In this document: positions 52,201-63,931 of the stretch, piece by piece
Position numbering within the stretch: the first letter of the stretch is position 1
How the letters are laid out: every line of letters begins with the position of its first letter
Assembly (NCBI RefSeq): GCF_964204645.1
Contig: NC_134028.1
Location: forward strand, 14,949,653 to 15,013,652
Length of the DNA stretch: 64,000 bases
Origin: Tubulanus polymorphus
Lineage: Eukaryota; Animalia; Nemertea
Direction of reading: 5' to 3'
Notes under the pieces: model-generated
The model's database searches: none
What the model was told of the DNA's origin: nothing
Seen by the model: only the letters and a program-made list of their open reading frames with translations
Translations under genes and position numbers: made by a program

Positions 52201-54662
52201 AGATGGGATTCTGAAAATGATAATTTGAGACTATTACCCGTTACATTTTCGTCGATTCATCAAGATTCATTGACTAAACGAATGATTCTCAGTGATTCAT
52301 CAAAGGTCTACGATCCGATAGGATTTATTTCTCCACTGTTGATTAACGCTAAAGCACTGCTGCAGGATATATGGAGAAGAAGTCTTGTATGGGATGATCC
52401 AGTACCAGAAGATATTAAAGATCGTTGGGTTAAAATTTCAACAGAAACATCTCAAGCTCTGGATTTTGACTATGGACGTATGACGTTTGACTATGGTTTA
52501 GACTCGATAGAAGGCTGCGAGTTACATGTATTTGCAGATGCAAGTGAAAAGGCTTATGGAGCTGTCGCTTATCTAGTTCGTGATACAGATTCAAGATTAC
52601 TGATGTCGAAGTCAAGAGTTGCACCCGTTAAACAACTATCAATTCCACAACTGGAACTAGTCGCTGGTGTAATTGCGTCACGGTTGGCTAAGTTTATCTT
52701 GGATGCGATTGGTACACCTAAGAAGCTGTTTGCGTGGTCTGATAACCAGTCAGTACTGTATAGATTACAATCTGATAAACCATTGAAGTCGTTCGAATTG
52801 AACAGAATTACAGAAATTAAGAGTCAAGTTCCAGATGCTGTTTGGGGATACTGCCCAAGTTCAGAGAATCCAGCTGATGTATTAACACGCGGTTGTACAG
52901 CATCTGAGCTAAGATGCAATAGACTATGGTGGGAAGGCCCAGAATGGTTACGCACTGGTGATCACCCTAAATGGTCTGCTGAGTCAACGTTGCTGAATGT
53001 TCAATTACCAGTACTTGAAGTAGGAAAGAACATTGAACCTGAGAAGATTGGGCTTGATCAGATTATTGATGCTCGAGATTATTCTGATTTAAACAGATTA
53101 TTTAGAATATCAGCATGGGTAATGAGATTCGTTGATGTTGTACGTGGTGATCAGAAAAACAGAGAAGAAAATTTGAGATCGTCTGAAATCGAAAGAGCTA
53201 GAATTGAATGGATTAAAGCGGCACAGAGAGACGAATTCGCTGCTGCTCGAGAAATGATGCGTGGACGTAGTAAGATTATGGTTGATATCGTTCATCAACT
53301 TAATCTCTACATCGATGATGATGACGTGATTAGATGTCATGGTCGAATTGGTAACTCGGATCTGCCGTTCTCCGCAAAGTTCCCAGTATTGTTGCCGAAA
53401 ACTCACAGATGGCTCAACTTGTCGTTCGAGATGCACATGAGAGAGTTTTCCATCTTGGGATTAATTCAACCGTAACTTTCATCCGACAGTCGTTTTGGAT
53501 TCCGTGTGTACGTCAGTTAGTGAAGAGTATGGTCCGTCAATGTGTCGTCTGTCGTAAACTATCAGGTCGTCTATTCAAGCTTCCTGTCGAGCCACCGTTG
53601 CCCGGTGCGCGAGTAGCAGATGTTCCCGCGTTTTTCCATACTGGTATTGACTTTGCTGGTCCGTTCAACGTGAAGATGATGTCAGAATCTCGGAAGTGCT
53701 ATATCTGTCTATTCACATGCTCAGTGAGTAGAGGTTTACATTTGGAAGTCACAGAAGATCAGTCTACAGAATCGTTCATGAGAGCTTTTAGAAGATTTGT
53801 AAGCCGTAGATCTCTACCAAAGAAGGTTTTGACTGATAATGCTGCAACCTTCAAGAAAGCATCAGAATATGTGTCGAAGAAAGGAGTAGAGTGGTCCTTC
53901 ATAACGAAAAGGGCTCCATGGCATGGAGGCTTTTGGGAGCGTTTAGTTGGCATTGTGAAGATGGTATTGAAGAAGGTTATAGGAAGAGCTCATATCTCGT
54001 TTGATGAATTTCGGACAGTGGTATCGGAAGCAGAGGCTATCGTCAACGACAGACCACTGACGTACAGTTCTACCGACATAAACGATGAAGCCCCTGTTAC
54101 ACCGTCGCAGCTGATGTGTGGTCATCGGCTGACTACACTTCCACATGATTTTATCACCCCGGAAGAGCTGGAAGATCCAGACTTCCAGATTCAGAAGAAT
54201 GAAGCAGACGTGAGAGCTAGAAGATTAGACGAAATATTAACGCGATTTCGTAGTCGATGGTCTAAAGAGTATCTTACAGCCCTAAGAGAGTATAATCAAC
54301 GATCTGGAAAAGAAGAAAAATTAAAGGTTGGCGAAGTGGTGATCATACATGAAGAAACGCCAAGGCTTAAATGGAAGTTGGGACTAGTGACAGAACTGTT
54401 CTATGGACCAGATAGAATATGTAGATCTGTTGCATTAAAGACAGCAAATGGTTTCACGAACCGAGCAGTGTCCAAGCTGTATCCGCTTGAACTACGAGCC
54501 AGTCCAGATGTCAAATACACCAACATAGACGTCGAAGACGATAGACGAACTCATGCAACAGAAGATGGCCGAACTAGAACTCATGCAGAAGAAGATGATC
54601 GGTTACCAAGACGAGCCAAAACAGAGGCCAAGAACCGAATTTTTGAAATTTCTCGTAATTAA
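49253..54662 (+). pseudogene. BEL/Pao gag-pol polyprotein with three lesions
   Basis: LPKLILPKFSG..FWDSF gag region, CFNCL knuckles, LLDDGSQRSF protease, YLPHHAV/YVDN RT, LHVFADAS, TGIDFAGP/TDNAATF/GGFWERLV integrase; frameshifts near 49860 and 53405, in-frame TAA at 50710. Confidence 0.93.
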
Positions 54663-54691
54663 TATTATGTAACTCGTTCACCCCCGGAGAG

Positions 54692-54843
54692 TGTTGGAGA
54701 TATGATTTAGTCATTGAAACGGTAGATTAACTTTTATATATTTTCCATGCTCCAACGCTCACCGGGGTTGGCGGGATTAGGCAGAATAAACGGTGTTCTC
54801 GTACTATAGAGACGTAGTTGTATATATCGAGGAAATATCGACA
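54692..54843 (+). repeat. 3' LTR
   Basis: Identical to the 5' LTR. Confidence 0.97.
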
Positions 54844-55286
54844 TCCTTATTATATTGGTACCTAGGCATATTTTGTTACCATGATCAATTGGAAAGTTGT
54901 AGTTCATGACATGTTCTATGATTGTGGTGAGTTTCGAGGTCATTGGGTTTTGAATATGGTCACCAGGGGGCGTTGAATAGTAGAATGACTTATTATTTTC
55001 ATATTAAATTGGTAACGAGGCATATTTTGTTATCACAATCAATTACAAAATCGTAGCTGCTGACATGTTCTATGATTGTGGTGAGTTTCAAGGTCGTTGG
55101 TTTTTGTAAATGGTCACCAGGGGGCGTTGAATATTGAAATTGTTAGATTGTTGAGCATTTGAAACCACTTCCCAAGTGGGCATGGTATCCCTGGACCCCT
55201 AGTTTACCTGCGTGATGTAGTCATGAAGATTATAAGATGGTAGTGAGCCGATGAAGTCATATTTGTGTCACCACTAATAACTTTTC

Positions 55287-55598
55287 GGTCCTATAAGTGA
55301 AGAATGGTCGACGTCGGAAATCCGGAACAGAGCGAAGAGAGTGATACTTAACTAACTGCTTGGAATACCAAAACTAGAACTGATTTATTTTTACACACAA
55401 ACAAACTATTTATATACATTGAGATACGAGACAGGTGGAGACGGTCCTATAAGTGAAGAATGGTCGATGTCGGAAATCCGGAACAGAGCGAAGAGAGTGA
55501 GACTTGACTAACTGCTTGGAATACCAAAACTAGAACTGATTTATTTTTACACACAAACAAACTATTTATATTCATTGAGATCAAGACAGGTGGAGACA
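55287..55598. repeat. Tandem duplication, two units of about 156 bp
   Basis: ggtcctataagtgaagaatggtcga...gacaggtggagac occurs twice back to back. Confidence 0.85.
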
Positions 55599-56030
55599 TG
55601 GAAAATGATACATAAAAAAACGAAGGTGACGAGCAGTGACAGGACAGTGAGACAAACAACAATTAACGCATTAGACACAGACAAACTGTCTTAAGAAACA
55701 AAGAGCTATTACACGTAAACATTTAAACATTAACGGAATATAGAATATAGATGAAATGTATTAAACAATTATCATGGACATTTAGTGTTGATAAATCATT
55801 AATAGGGTAAGCGTTTTTTCAGAACAAAGGTCGAAAGGTCGAGCTCATAAAAAATAAAAATAAATTCTCACACGCTCGAATCTATTTTTATTTTTCACTC
55901 ACTCAACCCATCAACCTCTGATATGAAACAAGACTTACCCTATTACTCTAATAATATTCATATATATGAACGTTATATAAATGAATATTATATTATTGAA
56001 ATCAATTTTAATAAAGAATATGTATAATAA

Positions 56031-56365
56031 ATGTAGAGTAAACAAATACACAGTGAATTCTTAAATAGAATCAAAGATACTACAAATGAAAAATTTGTAG
56101 ATAATAAATTCAAAAAGTTAACAGAATTAACATCACATAAGAAATATTTAATTACGAATATTGAAACAATTACTATGGTAATAAATTAGTTATTCACTTA
56201 GAATATGAAGGATTAGAAGGAAATAAATATAAATTCAGAACATATCTACCAGATATATTTCATAGATTATCTAGTGAAGATATTGAAGAATTATATTCAG
56301 GTGATTTCTATTTCATATACAAAGGTAAGAATGAAAAAGGATGTCATGATATAGATTTCGAATAA
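56031..56365 (+). pseudogene. Pseudogene homolog of the 113-aa ORF at 63576
   Basis: ATG TAG AGT AAA CAA... versus ATG GAG AGT AAA CAA; FKKLTELT, KFRTYLPD and IDFE* are conserved. Confidence 0.85.
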
Positions 56366-56382
56366 AAAAATACGTAAAATAA

Positions 56383-57088
56383 ATGCAAGATAAATTATAA
56401 GAATATAGAATATTTGTTGATTCAAGAAGACTTACAAATTATAAATCTCATAATTTATTGATACAACTAGGAAGAGAATTTAGAAATTGTGTTGATTTAA
56501 AATTAGTAAATATCATAGTTTATGTAACTCATTTTACAATATACCGAATAAAACTATTGAACATAAACCCTTTTAAATTTTTAATAAAATTAAAATGAAT
56601 GGTTCTATATATATTTAAAACCAGGGTTATATAATGTAGATACATTATCACAAGAAATTAATAGTAAAGCCTGGCACAAATTAGGTAGTAATTCCGGGTT
56701 TAGTATTAGATTTTTAAAAAGTGATAGTTCTGATAAAATAAAGATAAGGTTATCTCATAGTGAAAAACATAAATTTATGGTAAAAAAACATATAGCTAAA
56801 CTGTTAGGAATTCCTCCAGATAGATCTTTAACAAATATTGATGCTACACCAAACTTAATACCGTACACACATTTTTATGTTTATTGCAATTTCATTGGTC
56901 CTACAAAAACATTCGATGCAACTAAAGATACAACTTGTAATTCTAGTATATGTATATTAAACATTTGACCATTGAAGAATGTTAAAGAATTTGGAATGCA
57001 AATAAATCATAATTTAACAGAATGTGATTTTAATAAGATTTTAATTAGAAATCATAATGGATACTTAATTGATTTGAATATTCCTGTG
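56383..57088 (+). pseudogene. Penton/minor capsid protein-like ORF (Polinton/PLV single jelly-roll type), disrupted
   Basis: Pieced translation YRIFVDSRR..NLLIQLGREFRNCVDLKLV..NSFYNI..LKPGLYNV..AKLLGI..PNLIPYTHFYVYCNFI..ILIRNHNGYLIDLNIPV follows the penton motif series. Confidence 0.65.
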
Positions 57089-58233
57089 ACACACAGAGAG
57101 ATCACAAGGATCTATCGGAGCCGTGCCACCCCAAAAGAAAAAAATAACATTCATACAAATTCACTCTTACACATGCACACTACAAGCACCACACGTATAC
57201 ACCCACGCACACTGCATCAGCGAATGCATTCAAACAGAATTACAACATGGAAGTTCAAAATACATAATCACGATAATTTAAGGAATTTTAAACACTTACG
57301 TTGAAATACTGATAAACTAGTAGAATTACGAATCGGTTTAGGGATAGGATTCCAGAGAAGCGGTCCAGAAATCTTTACAGTGAATTGCCTAGAATTAGTT
57401 CTATAATTTGGCGGTCGTAAATTATCCATCGCCCGGGTGTTTCGATTGTGAATGTGATGACCGAGTTGCCAGTAGTAATGTTACTGCCAATGTTACAGTA
57501 TTGTAAATGGGGGTGAATCGAGGTTAAATATAACATACGCATAGAGTTGGTTGAGAGCTTGTTATAAACACGATATAATATTGCAATATTACGAGAAACT
57601 TTTTTACAAATTGAACGCATAATGATCTTTCCATGGTGTTTTTCGTTAATAGTTACACCCAAAAATTTGTGTAGAAGAGACTCGGTCAATCTCTTGGCCA
57701 TCAATAGAGATTTGTGCAACGACTTTGTGATACGACTTTCTGAATATAATGTAAGATGTCTTTTTTATATTAATAGATAGCTTATTGGCATGAAACCAGA
57801 TTACAAGATTTGATAACTCACAGTTGACAACGTTAACAAGACGATTAATATTTTGATCGGAATAGAAACAATTCGTGTCATCAGCGAACAAAATTAAATT
57901 TAAAATATCAGATGAATTTGTACAGTCATTCATATAGATTAGAAACAACAATGGACCTAAGATGGAACCTTGGGGCACTCCAATACTAATACTAAGCAAA
58001 GTTGATTTAAATGCTTCAATTTGAATGATTTGCCAACGGTCACTCAAGTAGGTTTTGAACCACATCAGTGCGTAGTTTATACCATAATGGTTTAATTTAT
58101 GTAGTAAAATGCTGTGATTGACAGTATCAAAAGCTTTGGAGAGATCTAAAAATATCCCAATCGATGGTGTTTTAGATTCAATATTAGCTGAAATTTTATC
58201 TATAATCTGAGTCAAAGCCATTGCTGTTGAGTG
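57089..58233 (-). mobile_element. 5'-truncated non-LTR retrotransposon (CR1/L2-like RT)
   Basis: IFLDLSKAFDTVNHSILL, GVPQGSILGPLLFLIY, LFADDT; frameshifted C-terminus. Confidence 0.92.
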
Positions 58234-59360
58234 GTTTTTGGTTTACCTTTGTTAGCGATATGAAGTTGGCGTTGAGCCAATTTCATGTAAAATCGCGGTA
58301 CGTTATTTTATGTAAGCTTTTGTTACATTGGTTCTCGGTTTAAACGACGTAAAATCGATGCGCTTGAAGACATGACGAACCTCCGTCGATGTACATGGTC
58401 AACTTTGTTAAAATTCTACGATAAACTGTTTTTGGCGGGAAAATTCTTAGCTCTCACGTATGAAATTGCAATGTCCTCGATTGGGGGCGTTGTCTCTACG
58501 AGCGAATGTGATTGGCTGTTTTTGGGATATACGGGGAATTCCGGCGCTACTAAAATAATTATGGGAAAGCCATAGAATGGCGAACGTTTCATTGGACTAG
58601 GTGCCGTATACGAGCAAATTTCAAATGCTCATTGCTGATGAGAATGTAATTATTATCCGCCATAGGTATTGTTTCATTTTAATACCCGGTGATTGATTTG
58701 ATTGACACTGAAGTGCAAGCGAACATTCACTTACACAAGGCCTCCACGTGCGCGCGGATTGCTATAATAGACTGTTGCATACACAAACACACGCTCGTAC
58801 AGTATGCACTACTAGACGCTGCTTGCTGGCGCGTCTGACATTTCATCAACAGAAGATGAGCGCTATGTTTTCTGTTTGATATAATTTATAATAAATTGTA
58901 ATTTTTTGTGACCTGAAAATATTAAGCAGCAAACTACAAGTATAGGTCGAGGTCTGAATATTGTATTAGTAAATTCCAGGATTTAAAACGATCTAATACG
59001 CCGATTTCTTACTGCACCGGTTTAGATTCCGCGGCCATACGTTGGAAGAAGTTTCCAAGACTAAATATTCAGCCACCCTCTGATATGTGACATCATATGA
59101 ATTTTATTTGAATATTTTTTCATATTGTGAAAAATATTTCTTTGAAAATATAAAATAGTTTCCCTGCCGCGCCTACCTGTACCCTACGAAATGTATATTT
59201 TTGGTCTTATTTGACTACAAAATAATTCTTTGAGAAAGGTGAAATACAATATAGAACTTTGAAGTCACGAATTAAAAAGATTTTTCAAGCAATGCCCTTA
59301 CCCCAAACAACCTCTAGCTTTCAAGGTAAACCAGACTTTGCCCATGGGCAATTTATTTTC
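58234..59360 (+). repeat. Second copy of the 29558-31300 dispersed repeat
   Basis: Collinear similarity; lacks the PIF MITE. Confidence 0.8.
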
Positions 59361-59698
59361 TGAATCCAAACTGGTTGCTATTTAAGATTGAGAATTTATC
59401 ACAAAATGAGGTTACTCTATTATACAATTATTTCCAAAATCTTTGAGAAACAGGGTAGGATTGATATAGGTCGATAATTATCAAAACAATGGGCGTCACC
59501 TTTCTTATAAAGTGGACGAACTCTGGCGATTTTTAGTTCAAACGGGACAATACCTGATTGTAGGCTGCAATTAAATTTATAAGAAAGTGGGTCTTTGATT
59601 GTGTCAATAATTCTTAATAATTTTCATTGAGATTTCATCGATACCGATCCCCGTGTTTGCTAAAAAACTATTCACAATGTCGGCGATCTCATAAACGT

Positions 59699-59852
59699 GA
59701 GTAATAGGGGTTTAGTTGTTTCATACCAAAGGTCGAAGGGTCGAGCTCATAAAAAATAAAAAATAAATTCTCGCACACTCGAATTTATTTTTTATTTTTT
59801 ACTCACTCGCCCCTTCAACCTTTGATATGAAACAACTAAACCCCTATTACTC
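59699..59852. repeat. Terminal fold-back: 72-bp arms (65/72 paired) and 10-nt loop
   Basis: Arms 59699-59770 and 59781-59852 compared base by base; loop TCGCACACTC. Confidence 0.95.
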
Positions 59853-59931
59853 TTAAAATATTCATATATATGAATAAAATATAAATGAATAACTTCTAAA
59901 ATCAATTAAAAAAAAAAAATTTGATATTAAA

Positions 59932-62900
59932 ATGGAAGCAAATAAGTACTACTGTCCAACATGTAATATCAATATTGATAAATCCCAAAAATCAAGACAC
60001 AATAAAACTAAAACACATTTAGAGAATAAATTGAAACTAGAATATAAAGATGATATATTAGAAACTAAATTAGATGAATTAAAGAATGAAAAAGAAACAT
60101 ATAAATGTGATACATGTAATCGATCATTCAGTGATAAAAGATATTATAATGAACATTTAAAATCTAAAAGCCATATTAGAAATATGAATAATGATATTTT
60201 AGGTGAAGATTATTTTGATAAGGACAATGATAAGAAACATAAGACAATTAAAAGAATAAGAAATAAATTAAACAATAAAAGACCATACATGGAAGATGTA
60301 AGAAATTATATTAATTCATTAGATAATAAAAAAGATATAGAGATAACCGAAGCATTTAAAAGTGATATTGGTCCAGCAGCTATTGAGTTTAAATTTCATA
60401 AAGGAAAAACATTAGAAGAAAATGAAAAACATTTAGAAAATATGAAAGAAATAATAAAAATAATAACTGATGTTGAATATCCTAAAATAAGTATATCTTC
60501 TAAAGTTAAATTCATTAAATCTGAAGATAAACCAATATATAATATAAATTCTCATTCACAACATATTATATCTAAACAACATATAGATGATAAATTAGAT
60601 AAATGTTATAATGAAGTACAAACTAAAATAGCAGAGAAATATTTTGAAGGATCTGGTTTAATATTTGATGAAATAATATTTATGACTTTACATGTGTATA
60701 ACACAAAATATAATTAGTTAACTAAATCGAAACCAATAGATGAAAATAATTTATCATATTATAAAGAACCAGATATTGAAGCATCGAGTTATATTAAACT
60801 ACCATTTAAAACTAATGCTGTAATAAATGTACAAAATTTTGACGATAAATGTTTTCTATGGACAATTATAAGTTGCTTACATCCAACAGAAGATATTACA
60901 CATAGTTTTAGATTAACTCATTATAAACCATTTGAAAATAATTATAAGATAGATAAGTATCCTGTTATAATTAAAAACATCCCAAAAATAGAAAGAGATA
61001 ATAATATAAAGATAAATGTATTTGATTTAATCAAATTACCAAATACATAAGGTAACAATATAAAACATTATACATTAGAACCTTTATACCTATCAAAAGG
61101 TTATGATTCAAACGATGTTATAGATATATTATGAGAATCATTATATGTGGATTAAAAGAATTGATTTATTTTTTAAATCAGAAAATGATTTTGATAATAA
61201 AATATATCTATGTAGAAAATGTTTACATAAATTCAGAACTGAAAGTGCATTATTAAATCATAAACAATTATGTGAAAATCATGATTATTGTAAATTAGTT
61301 TTACCAAATGAAAAAGATAAAATATTAGAATTCAAAAAATATGATTACAAAAATAAAGTACCATTTGTGATATATGGAGATTTTGAATCATTAAATAAAG
61401 AACTAACTGATCAAGATAGAAAAGAAATATATTATAAAAGAAAGAAATTAAATTCTAATGAAAAATGATTTTTCAGATGAACCACCAATAACAAATACAA
61501 TTAAAAAGATTCATCAATCAGCCGCAGCTTTCGGGTTATATATAAAATCTGATTATCCAGAACTAATTAAAAGTGAATATTATCATTATAGAAATGAAAA
61601 TGTTATTAATCATTTTTGTGACTTATTAATTGAATATGAAATAAAATTTAATGAAAAGTTAAATAAAAATATAGAAGTTATAATGACAGAAGAAGATAAA
61701 GAAGCATTTGGGTTTGCAGATAAATGTTATTATTGTGAAAAGATATTTAATTATAAAGATAAAAAAGTGAGAGACCATGATCATTTGAACGGAAAGTTTA
61801 GAGGCGCTGCACATGAGAATTGTAACTTACAAGCTAAGAAAATTAACTTTGTACCAGTTATATTTCATAATCTATCATGATATGATGCACATTTATTCAT
61901 AAAACAGTTATGTCATAAAATAGAAGAAATTAATAATGATATAGAAAGATTAAATTCAAATAGATCGAAAAATAAAATACCAACTTATAAATTTAAAATG
62001 TTAGCTAAAACATCTGAGAATTATATATCATTCCAACTTGGGTGTCTAAGATTTATAGATTCACATAGATTTTTAAATAGTTCATTAGCTTATCAAAATC
62101 ATTAGTTGATGATGAATTAAAACTATTAAAACAACACTATCCAAATAATGATGATTTTAAATTAATGAGATATAAAGGAGCGATTCCATATTCTTTCTAT
62201 AAAAATCATAATGATTTCAATATAACTGAATTATTGAAAGAACAATTCTATGATGAATTAAAAATGAATATGTTAAAGATGAAGTATATAATAGAACATT
62301 GAATATTTGGAATCATTTCAAAATAGAAAATCATGGACAATTAGTAGATTTATATTTGAAATCAGATGTATTATTATTATCGGATATATTTGAAAGGTTT
62401 AGAGATGTAAACCTAAAATATTTTAACATTGATCCTTGTCATTGTTATTCTAGTCCAGGTTTAACATGGGATTGTGGTTTAAAATTTACAGATATAAAAA
62501 TGGATCTGTTAACAAATATAGATCAATTATTATTATTTGAAAAATCTATAAGAGGAGGTGTTTCAGGTGTATTAGGGGATAGATTTTTCAATGTAAATAA
62601 AGTACATAGTTATATTTCATTTAGTCAATCTAAGTGGTTAGAAAAATATATAGATTTTAACACCAAACAGAGAACTGAAGCTAAAACTGATTTTGAGAAA
62701 GATTTCTTCAAGTTAATGAATAATGCATTCTATGGTAAGACTTGTGAAAATATTAGAAATAGAAATGATATTGAGTTAGTTAGTAATGGTAAAAGGATAA
62801 GGCATTTACAATCATATCCTAAGTTTTTAGGTAACAGAATATTTGATGAAAATTTAGCTGCAGTTAAAATGAGAAGAACTTCTATGAAATTTAATAAACC

Positions 62901-63546
62901 AATTTATGTTGGAGCATCAGTTTTAGAAATATCAAAATTACTAATGTATGAATTCTATTATAATGTATTACAACCACTTTTTGGAGAAAAACATATAGAA
63001 ATCTTATATTTTGATACTGACAGTTACATATTAAAGATAAAAACTAATTACATAACTGATGATTTAAAAACATTAAAACATCATTTTGATTTCAGTAATT
63101 ATCCTAAAAATCATGAATTGTTTAGCAATGATAATAAAAACGTTCCTGGTAAATTCAAAGATGAATTAGGTGGTGAAGAAATGATTGAATTCATCGGTAT
63201 TAGATCTAAAATGTATTCATATAAAACTAAAGAACATGAAGCTAAAAAGTTAAAAGGAATAACCAAAAGTGTAGTAGAAAAGAATATTCATTTCAAAGAT
63301 TACATCAATTGTATATTCAATGAAGAAGTTAGAAAACATAAGATGAGATGTTTAAGATCTGAAGATCATGAAATGTTTATTGAAGAAATTGAAAAGATAA
63401 GTCTAAACCCATTTGATGATAAAAGATATATTCTGGATGATGGAATTCATACAGTTCCTTATGGTTGTAATTTAGATGAATACTTAAAATTTAAAAGAGA
63501 AGAAACAAAAGAGAACGAGATAATGAAAAGAATTCTAACGTGTTAA
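59932..63546 (+). pseudogene. Protein-primed family B DNA polymerase polyprotein (zinc fingers, TP-like, vOTU-like, exonuclease with endonuclease-VII insert, polymerase), disrupted
   Basis: EGSG, DKCFLW..HYMWIK, PFVIYGDFES, VRDHDHLNGKFRGAAHENCNL, FHNLS, YLKSDVLLL, KLMNNAFYGKTCEN, YFDTDS, GKFKDE, KMYSY, KGI; several stops and frameshifts. Confidence 0.93.
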
Positions 63547-63575
63547 TCAAATTTTAATAAAAATATGTATTATAA

Positions 63576-63917
63576 ATGGAGAGTAAACAAACACACAGTG
63601 AATTCTTAAATAGAATAAAATATACTTCAAATGTAAAATCTGTAGATTATAAATTCAAAAAGTTAACAGAATTAACAATCCATGAGAAATATCTAATTAC
63701 AAATATTGTTACAGTTACTAATAACTATGGAGATAAATTAGTTATACACTTAGAATATGAAGGATTAAAAGGAAATGCACATAAATTCAGAACATATTTA
63801 CCAGATAGACTTCATAGATTATCAAGTGAAGATTTAGAAGAATTATGTTCCGGAGATTTATATTTCGTATACAAAGTTAAGAATGAAAAAGGACACCATG
63901 AAATAGATTTCGAATAA
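63576..63917 (+). CDS. 113-aa protein, putative OB-fold ssDNA-binding protein
   Basis: Intact ORF with TAAATG start; pattern FKKLTEL..KYLIT..YGDKLVIHL..FRTYLPDR resembles small beta-rich proteins next to pPolB genes; the fold is inferred. Confidence 0.6.
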   Translation: MESKQTHSEFLNRIKYTSNVKSVDYKFKKLTELTIHEKYLITNIVTVTNNYGDKLVIHLEYEGLKGNAHKFRTYLPDRLHRLSSEDLEELCSGDLYFVYKVKNEKGHHEIDFE

Positions 63918-63931
63918 AATATGTAAAATAA

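Larger units (their letters stand above)
49075..54843 (+). mobile_element. Full-length BEL/Pao LTR retrotransposon
   Basis: 152-bp TG..CA LTRs, 5-bp TSD TCCTT (49070-49074, 54844-54848), TGGTCC PBS-like site after the 5' LTR, gag-PR-RT-RH-IN order. Confidence 0.97.
48151..55204 (+). mobile_element. HINE copy split by the BEL/Pao insertion
   Basis: 5' part 48151-49074 with (GTCC)n; the repeat array resumes at 54844 and ends TCCCAAGTGGG...CCCCTAGTT. Confidence 0.85.
55800..57088 (+). mobile_element. Hairpin-ended element copy lacking PolB (hairpin, small ORF, penton-like ORF); truncated at a LINE
   Basis: Hairpin at 55800-55948 homologous to 59699-59852, followed directly by homologs of 63576 and 63932. 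Confidence 0.85.

Noticed and set aside
51207-54146. Antisense ORFs over the BEL element and most other 60-125 aa ORFs in the track
   Set aside because: They are shadows of real coding frames or chance ORFs in repeats, with no motifs.
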